Origin: a virus | Taxonomy: Duplodnaviria > Heunggongvirae > Uroviricota > Caudoviricetes | Length of the DNA: 37,920 nucleotides | Virus record (IMG/VR): IMGVR_UViG_2737471826_000005 | Direction: 5' to 3' (one strand) | Part shown: positions 9,434 through 20,008 of the stretch, piece by piece | How the letters are laid out: the number at the start of each line of letters is the position of its first letter | How positions within the stretch are numbered: the first letter of the stretch is position 1 | The notes under the pieces: generated by a model | The model's database searches: none | Seen by the model: only the letters and a program-made list of their open reading frames with translations | What the model was told of the DNA's origin: nothing | Program-made: the position numbers and the translations under genes

Positions 9434-9955
9434 TCAGCCCCCGATATTGATACGGTAGTCAGTCAGTTGATCAACACCGCCGACCCGGAAGATGTTGGCC
9501 AGATAGTCCAGTTGCAGCAGCTCTTCACCATCCAGTACCTGTCTGATATACGTGCAGGTGAAGCTACTGGAGAACTCGGCGTTCTCGTGCTGTTTGAACG
9601 TCCCCAGCGGGTTCTTCTTGAACATAATCGTCAGGAAGGTGACCAGCGGGATTTCGTCAATCAGCCCCTGCGAGCTGTAGCGCTGGACGCTGGAACGACA
9701 CTGCAGTGCCAGCGACCTGTACGGGTTCGCGGCAGACAGCATCGCATCGCGGTAAAAGCTGTTCCATTTGATTTCGCCTTCCAGCTTGTCAAAACCAGCC
9801 GGGAGTTCCACCTTACCCACCATCCCCAGCGCCTTGTGTTCCTGCATAATCATGGAGACATCGGGGAGTTTGACTTCCTCAGCCCGTCCCAGCAGGTTAG
9901 TACCATCCAGATAGATGTTGGCATTCGTGATGCGGTTTATCTCAATCTTTGACAT
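9434..9955 (-). CDS. tail tube protein
   Basis: 173 aa, ATGA overlap with sheath stop. Confidence 0.85.
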   Translation of the reverse strand: MSKIEINRITNANIYLDGTNLLGRAEEVKLPDVSMIMQEHKALGMVGKVELPAGFDKLEGEIKWNSFYRDAMLSAANPYRSLALQCRSSVQRYSSQGLIDEIPLVTFLTIMFKKNPLGTFKQHENAEFSSSFTCTYIRQVLDGEELLQLDYLANIFRVGGVDQLTDYRINIGG

Positions 9956-11382
9956 CAGTTGCCCCCTTTCAGGGTTAACAGGTATTCCGAGGTGATCTCA
10001 GTCTCAAACGTCAGTCGCTCCAGCGGCGGTGGTGGCGTATATTTGTAGCTCAGCAACAGGTGCCCGGCGGCCAGCTCCGTCTCCGGATTGCGGGCCGGAT
10101 CAAACCAGCAACGGAAGCCCAGTACCGCACCATCACCAGTCATTTTGCGACCGTAGGCGTTGACCGACTCCGTCAGTGCATCAATCAGCGCCTGAGTAAT
10201 CGGCATGTCGATGTACTGCTGGCTGAAATAACGAATGGACTCGTTGATCACATCACCGGTGCGGCGAACGTTCTCAAAGTTACGCATATGGGTGACCGTT
10301 GGCCATGCTGCCGTCCGGTTACCCCACAGACGAAGGCCGCTGCCGTAACTGCTGAATACCGTGGTGATCCCCTGTTCGTTAAGCAGGTTCACCTCACTCT
10401 GCGGGTCATCAATCATCGCGGACAGCTGGCGCTCCACGCCGGTGATCCCCAGAATCTCCTGATTGGAGGATGACCACCAGTAGCCCTTGTCCAGATCGAC
10501 TCTGGCACGCAGACCTGCTGCACGCTGGCTGAGCGGCTCCAGACGCTCTGTGTTTGTCACCGGGTCATATACCTTCACATGCGGATAGCACAGACGGACG
10601 CGGTCGGAGCTGGTATTGAAGTTGATGGTGCCTTCCGGGCCACGACCTGCCAGAGCCTGTGCAAAGGTGGTACCGACAGGCGCATCAATGTAGGTTACCG
10701 CGCCCAGCTTCTCTGCCATGGCGATAAGCTCAACTGCGACACTCTTCTGGGTGCAGAACACCGGCGCAATCAGAATTTTGGCGAAATAGCCGTACAGGTT
10801 GAAGCTGTCGTTAAGCAGCTTCATGCCGGTTCGGTTTCCGGCGCTGTTCACCCCGCCGATGATGTCCGCCGCAGTCACCTTCGACGGGTCCGCGTACTCA
10901 TAGCTCACCTTCACGCTGCCACCGGCCTCAATAGCCTTGCCCAGGTTCGTGAGCACACCCGCCTGCGCATCAACACGGTAGTCCGTGTTCGCCGTGTGGG
11001 TGGTGCTGCCTTCACTGTTTTTCACCACCACATTAGCGACAACCGGATGCGCCAGTCTGGCCTGCCCTGTCGATTTGTCAAAGGTAACCACCTCATCCTC
11101 GATCGCCGTTTTATGTTTCGCCGGGTCGAGGACGTTAATGACCAGAACGGTGCCTGCACCATGGTCATAAATCGCATCCAGCGCCTGCGGAATGGTAAAG
11201 CCGGTGAACTGGCTGCCAAATGCCGCTGCGTCTTTCTCAGACAGGCACTGTACCAGCGTATTGACATCCCCCATCGGGGCGGTACCAATCAGGCCAATAA
11301 CGGCAGATTTCACCGTTTTAACCGGGCGGGCACCGTTTTCCACCTCAATGGTTTCGGGACCATGCAGATAGTTAGCTGCCAT
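9955..11382 (-). CDS. tail sheath protein
   Basis: 475-aa ORF preceding tube gene. Confidence 0.9.
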   Translation of the reverse strand: MAANYLHGPETIEVENGARPVKTVKSAVIGLIGTAPMGDVNTLVQCLSEKDAAAFGSQFTGFTIPQALDAIYDHGAGTVLVINVLDPAKHKTAIEDEVVTFDKSTGQARLAHPVVANVVVKNSEGSTTHTANTDYRVDAQAGVLTNLGKAIEAGGSVKVSYEYADPSKVTAADIIGGVNSAGNRTGMKLLNDSFNLYGYFAKILIAPVFCTQKSVAVELIAMAEKLGAVTYIDAPVGTTFAQALAGRGPEGTINFNTSSDRVRLCYPHVKVYDPVTNTERLEPLSQRAAGLRARVDLDKGYWWSSSNQEILGITGVERQLSAMIDDPQSEVNLLNEQGITTVFSSYGSGLRLWGNRTAAWPTVTHMRNFENVRRTGDVINESIRYFSQQYIDMPITQALIDALTESVNAYGRKMTGDGAVLGFRCWFDPARNPETELAAGHLLLSYKYTPPPPLERLTFETEITSEYLLTLKGGN

Positions 11383-11626
11383 GGGTGTCCTCCGTTTTCA
11401 CTTCGCTGTCACTGCTGCTTCTGCGCTTTGGTGACTGCACAGCCGGTGTGCCGGCGGGTTTAGTCTCTTCAGGTACCGGCGTCAGATGTTTCAGCGCCAC
11501 CAGTACCTTCACGTAGTCATGCTCCTCCGGCAGGGAAACCGTCTTCCCCGGCCAGAGCAGGATTTCGGTTCCGTCCGACAGCGTGACGCCGCTGGCCGGG
11601 CCGGAATAGCGGTATTCTTTCATCAC
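11372..11626 (-). CDS. hypothetical protein, Mu gp38-like position
   Basis: 84-aa ORF between gp37-like and sheath. Confidence 0.5.
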   Translation of the reverse strand: MMKEYRYSGPASGVTLSDGTEILLWPGKTVSLPEEHDYVKVLVALKHLTPVPEETKPAGTPAVQSPKRRSSSDSEVKTEDTHGS

Positions 11627-12087
11627 TCGCTTTCCTCATAGTTCACTTCGGTTAACAGCGGGCCGGACGGTAAATCGCTGTCTTCGATAAAGACGCTTTC
11701 AGTCGCGAAGTCGAGGGCGTACTGCCACAGCCCCCTGACTTCACCGATAAACACCTCGCGGGTCAGCCAGATACGGCGGCGGCAGCCGGGCGGGGTGTGG
11801 CCACCGAGAATGCGGCGGACAGCATCCAGGACATTAATCGCCCCTTTTTTACCGTTGAGCTGGCGGAAGACCACCGTGACGCAGAGCTGGATAGTCTGAG
11901 ACTGGATCACCGCACCGGTATCATCCGGCCTGTCAAAGCGCGAACCGGCATAGCTCAACAGCAACGCGCCAACCGGATGGTTCAGGCGATATTCAGCCGG
12001 TTTCTCCGGGAAGTACTCCACCTGCAGTTGCGGCAGCTTCTCGCGTAACCGGGCCAGTACCGCATCAAGGACGGGCAGAACGTTCAT
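11623..12087 (-). CDS. Mu gp37-like virion protein
   Basis: 154 aa, synteny. Confidence 0.6.
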   Translation of the reverse strand: MNVLPVLDAVLARLREKLPQLQVEYFPEKPAEYRLNHPVGALLLSYAGSRFDRPDDTGAVIQSQTIQLCVTVVFRQLNGKKGAINVLDAVRRILGGHTPPGCRRRIWLTREVFIGEVRGLWQYALDFATESVFIEDSDLPSGPLLTEVNYEESE

Positions 12088-12533
12088 CAGTATTTCTCCA
12101 GTAAACCGTCACGACCGCCGAAAGTAGCCGGGCGACTGCGTACACGAAACTCGCCAGGCTCAGGCACATCTTTCTGAGTGGACGGCAGCCCCAGCGTGAG
12201 CCTGTTATCACGTAACTCCCTGAGTTGCCGCAGCGCTTCTTTGTGGTCATCCTTCACCGTATCCGGGAGGTCACCTTCCGGGCGGCGGGCGTAGAGCCGG
12301 TAACGGACCAGCGTGATGGCAATGTCCCGCAGAACAGTCGGTATCTCTGCCAGTGGCAGGATATAGCGTCCGCGCAGATGGGCATCAATCAGCTCGTCGG
12401 CATAGCGGATACAGCTGTCCACCACACGGGTATTCACTGTTGCAGGTGAGTCGAAGTCCATCTCTTCACTGGTGAGCTCGATAAGCGTCCGCTCCGGCAC
12501 CTGCGCAAGCAAATCCTCCAGGGTGCAGTACAT
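12087..12533 (-). CDS. Mu gp36-like protein
   Basis: ATG at 12533 overlaps upstream stop (ATGTCA); longer track ORF is an upstream extension. Confidence 0.6.
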   Translation of the reverse strand: MYCTLEDLLAQVPERTLIELTSEEMDFDSPATVNTRVVDSCIRYADELIDAHLRGRYILPLAEIPTVLRDIAITLVRYRLYARRPEGDLPDTVKDDHKEALRQLRELRDNRLTLGLPSTQKDVPEPGEFRVRSRPATFGGRDGLLEKY

Positions 12534-12534
12534 G

Positions 12535-12873
12535 TCACACCCCGCGCAGGATACGAATGACGTCGCCTTCACCCCCGGCTTCATCAAGTGCAATACCACA
12601 GGATTTACCGTCGCCGGACTGCGGCACGGCTCTGGCCTGAGCATCTGACTGAACAGCCACACCACGGCTGACAGCGGCCCCGGCCTCGACAGCAATAATG
12701 CCCAGAACGCTCACCGGCGTGCTGTCGCCGGTAACAGCATCCACTTCGGCAACCCCGAGCGCTGCGGCACCGGCTTTACAGGGGGTATTATCTGCCCCGA
12801 CAAAACGCTGCTGTGCCAGTGCTGCCCCTGCCGTTACGGTTGTGATCAGAATGACCTGCTGAGTGGTTCCCAT
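12535..12873 (-). CDS. Ala/Gly/Val-rich small structural protein (possible head decoration)
   Basis: 112 aa directly after major capsid gene. Confidence 0.5.
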   Translation of the reverse strand: MGTTQQVILITTVTAGAALAQQRFVGADNTPCKAGAAALGVAEVDAVTGDSTPVSVLGIIAVEAGAAVSRGVAVQSDAQARAVPQSGDGKSCGIALDEAGGEGDVIRILRGV

Positions 12874-12882
12874 AACGCCTCC

Positions 12883-13836
12883 TTATTTACTGATACCGGT
12901 AATGAGATACCCGGCATCGCCACCAACCACGGCGACTTTGTAGATATCGGTATAACGGCAGTACTTCACCTTGCCACCGGCTCCGTCGTATTTGTCGGCA
13001 ACAGGCATCCCCTTACGACGCAGGGTGTAGCCGAAGGACGGCTCGTTCTCGTCCGCGCTGTCCGCCCCCGGCTGCGGTTTGCCGACATAGTGCAGCATCA
13101 GATTGTCTCCCCAGATATCCGCCGGCACGCTGTTCTTATCCATTGCCGCTTTCATGGACGGCAGGGAGACTGGGGCACCGATGACGATCTCTTCGATCTG
13201 AAAGAGGTCCTGCAGGATTTCTGTGGTGATGCGCTTGCGTTCGTTGGCTCCGATGGCGGCCTGAATCGCCGGGTGGAACTTCAGCAGCGCCATCACGCCG
13301 GCCCCCATGGTCATCAGGTTAGGACGCAGCCCCGTGGCCGTACGGACCGCTTCCATACCGGCTTCAATCACCCCGATGGGGTCCCCCTTACCACCGGCCC
13401 AGCGATCACTGGCTGTCAGTTTTTTGACGTGCCCGGTACGGTAGACCTTTTCATCCTGAGCCAGACGGGCAGCGATAAGTTCACGGCGCAGGTTCACGCC
13501 ATTCGTGGCGCGACGGATGGCCTTGCTCTCTTCGTTAAACATGGACTCCGCCTGCTCGCGATAGTCCACCGGCGCAGCCAGATCGTGTTCACCCAGCACC
13601 AGGTCCAGCGTGCCTGTTTTTTCACGGACCAGAACATTGCTGTCCGCCCCGACGGCACGCTCGGTGTCATATTCCACAAAGGCGGTTTTCCCGAAGGTCG
13701 GTACACGCACGCCTTCCTTGTCCGTCAGCACGACGGGGAAAATACGTTCGCCGATGAATGCGGCATTTTTATAGCCACGGGCGATACTGGTCAGTACCGG
13801 ATCAACGACACGTTTACCTTTTAAGTAATCAGACAT
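12883..13836 (-). CDS. major capsid protein, Mu gpT-like
   Basis: 317 aa, follows protease/scaffold gene. Confidence 0.85.
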   Translation of the reverse strand: MSDYLKGKRVVDPVLTSIARGYKNAAFIGERIFPVVLTDKEGVRVPTFGKTAFVEYDTERAVGADSNVLVREKTGTLDLVLGEHDLAAPVDYREQAESMFNEESKAIRRATNGVNLRRELIAARLAQDEKVYRTGHVKKLTASDRWAGGKGDPIGVIEAGMEAVRTATGLRPNLMTMGAGVMALLKFHPAIQAAIGANERKRITTEILQDLFQIEEIVIGAPVSLPSMKAAMDKNSVPADIWGDNLMLHYVGKPQPGADSADENEPSFGYTLRRKGMPVADKYDGAGGKVKYCRYTDIYKVAVVGGDAGYLITGISK

Positions 13837-13850
13837 GCTCTCTCCTTAAA

Positions 13851-14966
13851 TTACAGGCAGCGTGCGACAGCAGCCTCATAGCTGATGCCTTCTTTTTTGG
13901 ACAGGGCCACTGCTTTCTGATGCAGGGCCAGACGCTCAGGATCGGCTTCCGCAAACTCTGCCACATCCACCTTCACCGTGTCGCCGACACGCTCTTTTGT
14001 GGCCTGTTCGGCGAAATTCATCACCGGCTCCCCGTCGGAGAGCAATGAACGAAAGGCGGTGGCCAGCGGTGTGCGGCTTTCCCCCTCAGCAAACTCCACC
14101 GGCTTGTCGCCACCGGCGACGGCATCCAGCAGGGCAACCACCACGGAGGAGGCGCGGGGAGCCAGACGGCCCTCTGCGACCAGTTTTTCTGCAAAGGCCA
14201 CATTGTCCTTATGCAGTTGCTCCTGTCTGACCTGTGCATCACGCGCATCGCGATCAGCAGCCTGCTGCTTCAGGCGGCGGTTCTCCTCCTGAAGGGCTTC
14301 AATCTCTTCTTTTGTCATCGATGATTCCTCGTTACTTGCGGAAGACGGCCCCGGGCCTGTCTCACTGAATTGTGCACCTGCTGCATCCTGCGACAGTGTG
14401 TCGCGGTACGCCTCTTCGCGCAGACTGTTGAGCTGCCATTCCGGCAGGACTTTTTCTGCCTCGTCCAGACTGAAGCGGGCGATCAGAAAATCGCGCAGCT
14501 TTCCCCACAGGGAGGCATTCGTGATGGCCTGCCAGTCGGCGAACTCCACCACACCTTCTTCCTGCTCACTGAAGGACACCTGTTTCAGCCCCTTGACGGA
14601 AGGTGGCTGTGCCCCGAGAAAGCCCACATGGCGAAGGTAGAGCACGCCGGGCTTCGGATTGGACGGTGAATCCGGGAGGTAGAAAGAGGCGGACACTTTT
14701 TTGAATCGTCCGTCGGTGACCATCTCAGCAAACTGCGGGTCCAGCTGGGCAGGCTCTGCCATCAGATCGACGCCGCTGAGCGACAGGGCTTTCACCCAGC
14801 CCCACGCCGGGTCTTCCGTTCTGGGATGACCAATCACGAGTGGTGCTTCATGGACGGACGGGTCATAGGCTTTCACGCAGGCGGCAAGATCGTCTGGCGT
14901 GAACGGCAGTTTTTTGCCGTGCATATCGGTATGAGTACCGGCTTTAAAAATGTGAATGGCTGACAT
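13851..14966 (-). CDS. head protease/scaffold, Mu gpI-like
   Basis: 371 aa with acidic coiled-coil-like C-terminal half, synteny. Confidence 0.8.
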   Translation of the reverse strand: MSAIHIFKAGTHTDMHGKKLPFTPDDLAACVKAYDPSVHEAPLVIGHPRTEDPAWGWVKALSLSGVDLMAEPAQLDPQFAEMVTDGRFKKVSASFYLPDSPSNPKPGVLYLRHVGFLGAQPPSVKGLKQVSFSEQEEGVVEFADWQAITNASLWGKLRDFLIARFSLDEAEKVLPEWQLNSLREEAYRDTLSQDAAGAQFSETGPGPSSASNEESSMTKEEIEALQEENRRLKQQAADRDARDAQVRQEQLHKDNVAFAEKLVAEGRLAPRASSVVVALLDAVAGGDKPVEFAEGESRTPLATAFRSLLSDGEPVMNFAEQATKERVGDTVKVDVAEFAEADPERLALHQKAVALSKKEGISYEAAVARCL

Positions 14967-15180
14967 TTTGCTGTCCCGCGTTATGTTGTCGGAGACAGTT
15001 TGTGAGAAATGCAGGCCCGGCGATTTTAATCTGCTTTAGAAAACATCAGGGGAGAAGGACAGGGAAAGCAATGCGGTGAACCGGAGGCGGTTATAAAACA
15101 GAGGCTGTAAAGCCTTTATAAAGGTAATACAGCCCCTCATTCGCTGGCAATGATAAATCACCCGCCTGAAGAGAGAAAAC

Positions 15181-15639
15181 TCAGCGACGGGCCGCTGATT
15201 CAAGATGGCGGACAATGGTATCGAGGATGGGGATTACCACTTCAGGCTGTAGTTCTCCATCCCCCGTCACCGGCAGGAACGGGCGGGCCGGAAGTTCAAC
15301 AGACTCATTACGCCCCGTTTTACCCCCGAACTGGTGAATGGCACCGTAAACAACGTTGGTCCCCACAACAGCCTGCCGGTCGTCATGGTCGGTTGATACT
15401 GACCCCATCAGACGCCCGGTATCCTGCAGTGTCTGCCCGTCACGTTCTTCCGCTGCCAGCGAGGGCATCCACCCCGGACGCCCCTCATCAAGAAAGTTAA
15501 ACTGTGTTTCCGCCAGCAGGGTTCCGGCGATTTTGCGCATCGCGGGCTCCAGGTCTGTGGCAGCAAGATCCAGCGCACGGAGGCTCCGGCGCAGGGACTT
15601 ATCGTTAATGGTGATACTGACCAGGTTATCGGAAGCCAT
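15181..15639 (-). CDS. virion morphogenesis protein, Mu gpG-like
   Basis: 152 aa after Mu F-like gene. Confidence 0.7.
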   Translation of the reverse strand: MASDNLVSITINDKSLRRSLRALDLAATDLEPAMRKIAGTLLAETQFNFLDEGRPGWMPSLAAEERDGQTLQDTGRLMGSVSTDHDDRQAVVGTNVVYGAIHQFGGKTGRNESVELPARPFLPVTGDGELQPEVVIPILDTIVRHLESAARR

Positions 15640-15641
15640 TG

Positions 15642-16463
15642 TTATCCTCTCAGTTCCTGTTGTGCCAGTGGCTGAAGCGTACCCTGATAGCGGGCCAGGT
15701 CGGGACGGTATGCTGCCCCCGGTGCATAAGACCAGCCGACGTCGGTGGTCACCTTCGTGGTGCCGGTATTAAAGGTGGCCACGTTCCGCATTTCGCCGGT
15801 TTTCTCTGAGACCAGTTTCAGTTCCTGGCCCATGGCAGAGCCGGAGCTGATAACCTTCAGGCCACGGGCACGGACATCCGCCGCACTCAGGGCAATCACA
15901 CTACAGCGGCAGCGCCAGCCGTTCGGCGGGTAAAATGCCTGCCAGAACGGGTCATCCCAGCGCAGCACCAGACCATGCAGCGCCAGATGGCTCCTGCGGG
16001 TATGGCTGTCGTTGATGCCGGTATACATCCAGTACGGCCTGTCGTCGACGTTTTCCATCTGCTCCGCCCAACGACCGGCGCTGTAGAGTACGGACATATT
16101 GGTGCGAAAGATGGTGTCGAGCCGCCACGGGCTGCCCTGCTGAATGGTGACCGGCTCACCCGTTACCGGGTCAGTCGTGTCACGTGGTCCCCACCATCCC
16201 TTACGCTTCAGCACCGGCTCCAGCTCCTGCCGGAACCAGCGATCGGTTTTTCCTTCATCGACAGCCTGCTGCAGTGCCCCGCGAATATCTTCCAGAATAT
16301 CCAGGCGGGTCACTTTAGCGACGGTAAAGGCGCGGGCATGGGCTTCCTGCCACATTTCTTCCCAGTCCCAGGTAATCTGATACCCTTTGGACTTCAGGTA
16401 ACTGACTGCCCGCTTCGGGGGAAGCGTCATGCAGTACGCCAGTTCAGCCGTTGTCACGCTCAT
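15642..16463 (-). CDS. head morphogenesis protein, Mu gpF-like
   Basis: Track ORF starts with TTG at 16490; ATG at 16463 has a G-rich RBS; follows portal. Confidence 0.8.
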   Translation of the reverse strand: MSVTTAELAYCMTLPPKRAVSYLKSKGYQITWDWEEMWQEAHARAFTVAKVTRLDILEDIRGALQQAVDEGKTDRWFRQELEPVLKRKGWWGPRDTTDPVTGEPVTIQQGSPWRLDTIFRTNMSVLYSAGRWAEQMENVDDRPYWMYTGINDSHTRRSHLALHGLVLRWDDPFWQAFYPPNGWRCRCSVIALSAADVRARGLKVISSGSAMGQELKLVSEKTGEMRNVATFNTGTTKVTTDVGWSYAPGAAYRPDLARYQGTLQPLAQQELRG

Positions 16464-17940
16464 GCAGACGCCCCCAGATATTTGCCACAAAGAGAATGCG
16501 GGCCAGCCGTTCCTGCAGATCGTCCGTGTTCATCTGAGGGTAGAGCTCCGCCAGTTCGCCCAGCAGCTCAGACGGGTTAACCCCGTTTTCGACCCGCTTA
16601 AACAGAGGTGCCAGGACGGGTTCCAGCGTGCCATTTAACACACCTCCGTTCATCAGAATGTCCAGCGCGTCGTCAAGCTGCTGCTGAGCCTGAATATCGG
16701 CATCAATCGCCTCGGCAAATGACAGCGGCAGCATGTTATTCTGGCGTTCCGACGGTGGTGTCTCGTCAATATCGCCGTCCTGCAGCTGGTACTCACGCTT
16801 AAAGTATTGCGGGGTCAGACGCAGACCCGCCCGGGTGAGTTTTTCGTCGCGGGTGGCGCGGGTGTCATCAATGGTCTCCTGTTCCCACATGGCCCAGACC
16901 GGACACGGCACATCGCCGAAGTTCAGGGTGACCACCGTTCTGATAACCTGATTCACTGCTGCCTGAATGATGTCCGCATCCGCATCGCGGATATCAGCCG
17001 TTACCTCCAGCCCGGCCTGTGCAGAGGCCTTGTTACTGTTCGCTTCCGTGGTCTGATTCTGACCAAGTAATGCAATGGAGATCTCACTGCGTGACAGTGT
17101 GATCAGCTCGCGGAATACCTCGCTGCTGTCCGCCTTACCATCCGCGGCTTTGAGTTCGATGCTGCTGTCATCGGGGATGGCGGCCACCGCGTCCTCCACC
17201 ATCTGCTCCATGGAGTCCAGCAGTTTTTCAATCTCTGCATCATTTGCACCCCTCGGGTGCTTACCGATCACCCACGGGGAGCCAAACTTTTCGGCAAAGC
17301 GGAGCCAGAATTTCATCCCGCCTTTCTTGAAGGCGACCGGCCAGAAGCACATGGACAGGTCCGGGAAACCGTAAGGATTGTCATACGAGGCATCCTGTGC
17401 CGGCACCACGAATTTTGACGGTGACAGCAGCTCACCCTCCACACCCGCATCACGCGCCCGGAAGCGCAGGCAGTTGTCCGTATCAAACTGAAACCACTCA
17501 GGCGGTTTGCCGACAATATCCGTCACTGCCCACGCCCTGACCGAACGGCCCCACATGATTTCACAGGGCTGATACCCGTAGAGCACGGCATCACTCATCT
17601 CACCGATGATGCGGGACAGATCCAGATCGTCGAGCATGTCGCGGATGAAACGGAAGACCCGGGCAGAAGCGTGACCGCGCTCCAGTCCACGCTCCAGTGA
17701 TTTGAGCGCTGCTTTACGTCTGCGGATACAGCCCCCGACCAGCGGGTCGGTGCGCAGTTCGCGGTAGATACGGATATCCCGTCCCTGAGCCTTGAGAATG
17801 GGATCAGGATTGGGCAGATACATGCCCAGTCCGTAAAAGTCGATCGCGCGGCTGCGGGAGGCAATCTGCGCGGTCAGTGATTTCTGAGGCTCAGAAAAAG
17901 CAACAAATTCATCGGGTGAAACCCAGATACCCCTCGCCAT
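16444..17940 (-). CDS. portal protein, Mu gp29-like
   Basis: 498 aa, between large terminase and Mu F-like gene. Confidence 0.85.
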   Translation of the reverse strand: MARGIWVSPDEFVAFSEPQKSLTAQIASRSRAIDFYGLGMYLPNPDPILKAQGRDIRIYRELRTDPLVGGCIRRRKAALKSLERGLERGHASARVFRFIRDMLDDLDLSRIIGEMSDAVLYGYQPCEIMWGRSVRAWAVTDIVGKPPEWFQFDTDNCLRFRARDAGVEGELLSPSKFVVPAQDASYDNPYGFPDLSMCFWPVAFKKGGMKFWLRFAEKFGSPWVIGKHPRGANDAEIEKLLDSMEQMVEDAVAAIPDDSSIELKAADGKADSSEVFRELITLSRSEISIALLGQNQTTEANSNKASAQAGLEVTADIRDADADIIQAAVNQVIRTVVTLNFGDVPCPVWAMWEQETIDDTRATRDEKLTRAGLRLTPQYFKREYQLQDGDIDETPPSERQNNMLPLSFAEAIDADIQAQQQLDDALDILMNGGVLNGTLEPVLAPLFKRVENGVNPSELLGELAELYPQMNTDDLQERLARILFVANIWGRLHERDNG

Positions 17941-19463
17941 CAGAATCCCTCCAGCATACGGGCCGCCTGACGACGACGGCGTGAGCTTGCCTTCACCGGC
18001 CCTTTGTTAATTTCACGGCTGGCGAAATACGCCAGCGCCAGTGCGATGGCTGAATCCCCGTGACGTTTACCACCATCAGCCTTTGCTTTTGAGCGTTGCT
18101 CCGGCACGCGGGGGACACCGTTCACCACCTGAACGGCCCGCAGGTCATCCAGTGTGTCTTCATCCTTTGGTAAGTCCACCAGGTTACCGTCTTCCAGTGC
18201 AGCTTTGACCGGAGGCATATGCTCCCGGTACCAGCCTTCGGTTGGCATCACCTGCTGAACCCGGCCGGAGCCGTAGCGCTGCATGGCGTATTCAGCCAGA
18301 TAGGCACCATTACCACGGGCATCAAACGCTGCACCCAGCAGACCGGGCAGGCCATCCATCAGATACCAGGTGATTTGCTCCTGCTGCCTGAACGGCACGT
18401 TACGCAACTCCAGTACGAATGGCACGCGTCGTATCAGGTTCTTCTCCTGCAACAACGGGTAGTCCACCGACAAATCCCCGCTACGGCCAAAGTCACGCCC
18501 CAGAAAAGAGCGGGCACCAGCGGGGAGCGCCTCCAGTAATGGTTTCAGATGCTCATCAAGCCAGTCCTGCGTCTCGCGGAAGCGAACCTCATCAGACAGC
18601 AGTTCATAACCTTCCTTGCAGGTCAGACGCAATACCGGCGTATCAGCGGACATGCGGGACTCTATCAGGGCTCGGGACAGCCAGGCACCGCCACCGTTGG
18701 CCGGAATACAGTCAAGCTCTTCGGATGCACCGGCACCGTAGAATTTGTACACCGACGCCATCCAGGCCTGCTCGGATGCCTCCGACCATTCCTTCCCGGT
18801 GCGCAGACAAACGCGCCGGAACAGCCCCTCAGATACGGCTTCCCGGAAAGTGATGCGATGTACGCTGCCTCCCTGACGTCCGGCACGGATATCCCCGATA
18901 AGCGTATTGAACGGATTGTCGTCACCGTCATGGGTGGAGATAACGCGTACCTTTCCCCCCCAGATAAGCATCGCCAGCGCCGCTTTCAGCAGTTCGTCCA
19001 GTTGCTCATGGAACGCCGCTTCGTCGATAACAATAATACCCTGACGGCCACGCAGGTTAGACGGGCGGCTGGAGAGCGCAACAATACGAAAGCCGGAGTC
19101 AGGAAATTTGATGGTGTAAGTCCTGATGTGTTTGTCGTCGTCGTCCTCTTCCCAGAATCCTTCTTCAATTTCACTGGCCGCATAGTTGAATGCCCGTGCC
19201 CACATCGCACACGCCTGAATGTATTCGACGGTCATGTCCTGGTTATAAGCGATGTAATACACATTCATCCCGCCTGCTGGCGCAGAAGAGGCGGCGGTCA
19301 GTACGTTATCGGATGCCTCAGCCCATGTAATACCGGTACGACGGCTCTTTTCTATCACCTTAAGCGGAGAGGCATCTGCCACCCAGCGCTGCTGGTAGGG
19401 CAACAGAACGGGAGGGGCCTTATAACTCGCGGTGTCAGGAATGTGCGGCGGCAGCTCCGTCAT
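17940..19463 (-). CDS. terminase large subunit, Mu gp28-like
   Basis: 507 aa, IIVIDEAAF Walker B-like motif. Confidence 0.85.
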   Translation of the reverse strand: MTELPPHIPDTASYKAPPVLLPYQQRWVADASPLKVIEKSRRTGITWAEASDNVLTAASSAPAGGMNVYYIAYNQDMTVEYIQACAMWARAFNYAASEIEEGFWEEDDDDKHIRTYTIKFPDSGFRIVALSSRPSNLRGRQGIIVIDEAAFHEQLDELLKAALAMLIWGGKVRVISTHDGDDNPFNTLIGDIRAGRQGGSVHRITFREAVSEGLFRRVCLRTGKEWSEASEQAWMASVYKFYGAGASEELDCIPANGGGAWLSRALIESRMSADTPVLRLTCKEGYELLSDEVRFRETQDWLDEHLKPLLEALPAGARSFLGRDFGRSGDLSVDYPLLQEKNLIRRVPFVLELRNVPFRQQEQITWYLMDGLPGLLGAAFDARGNGAYLAEYAMQRYGSGRVQQVMPTEGWYREHMPPVKAALEDGNLVDLPKDEDTLDDLRAVQVVNGVPRVPEQRSKAKADGGKRHGDSAIALALAYFASREINKGPVKASSRRRRQAARMLEGF

Positions 19464-20008
19464 GATACCACCCCCAGAATTTCCCGGCGCAGTGCCTGTA
19501 CGGCTTCCGCAGAGAGCCCGCCCTTACGGGCAATTTTCTCGGCGGCAGCGGCAGCACGTTCAACCCTCTCTCTGACTTCTGCCTGATAGCGCTTGAGGTT
19601 GACCGAGGCGCGGGTCAGTGTGGCGATATTTTTTGAAGCCGTTGCCAGCAGTTTTGCCCGGGCGAAGGGATCGTCGTTTTCCCGCGACTCCTGCAGGCGC
19701 ATCAGGATATCCGTCATTTCGGTCTGGACGAGGGTTATCAGCCCGGCTGAACGGTCATCAGGATCGTCTCCGGCCTCCCGGGCAAGCAGACGCGCTGCCT
19801 CGGTTGCCGCCCGCACCCGGGCCAGTTGCTGCTCCATTTTGTAGCCAAACCGCTGCAGGGAAGAGCGGGTGATGCTGTACCCCTTTTCCTTCAACAGACT
19901 TTCAAGCTCTGCATAGCCGGTGAAATTATTCTCCGTCAGTGCCCGCTCAAGCCAGCGACGGACCTCCTTCGGCAGAGAATCAATGCTGCTGCGACGTCCC
20001 ATAATCAC
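19460..20008 (-). CDS. terminase small subunit-like, Mu gp27-type
   Basis: 182 aa directly upstream of large terminase. Confidence 0.6.
   Translation of the reverse strand: MIMGRRSSIDSLPKEVRRWLERALTENNFTGYAELESLLKEKGYSITRSSLQRFGYKMEQQLARVRAATEAARLLAREAGDDPDDRSAGLITLVQTEMTDILMRLQESRENDDPFARAKLLATASKNIATLTRASVNLKRYQAEVRERVERAAAAAEKIARKGGLSAEAVQALRREILGVVS

Noticed and set aside
10579-11463. 294-aa plus-strand ORF
   Set aside because: Lies antisense within the tail sheath gene; Arg/Cys/His-rich composition typical of a spurious reverse-frame ORF.
13090-13824. 244-aa plus-strand ORF
   Set aside because: Antisense to the major capsid gene, which has clear family features and operon context.
18549-19586. 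345-aa plus-strand ORF
   Set aside because: Antisense to large and small terminase genes; Arg/Pro-rich low-complexity translation.
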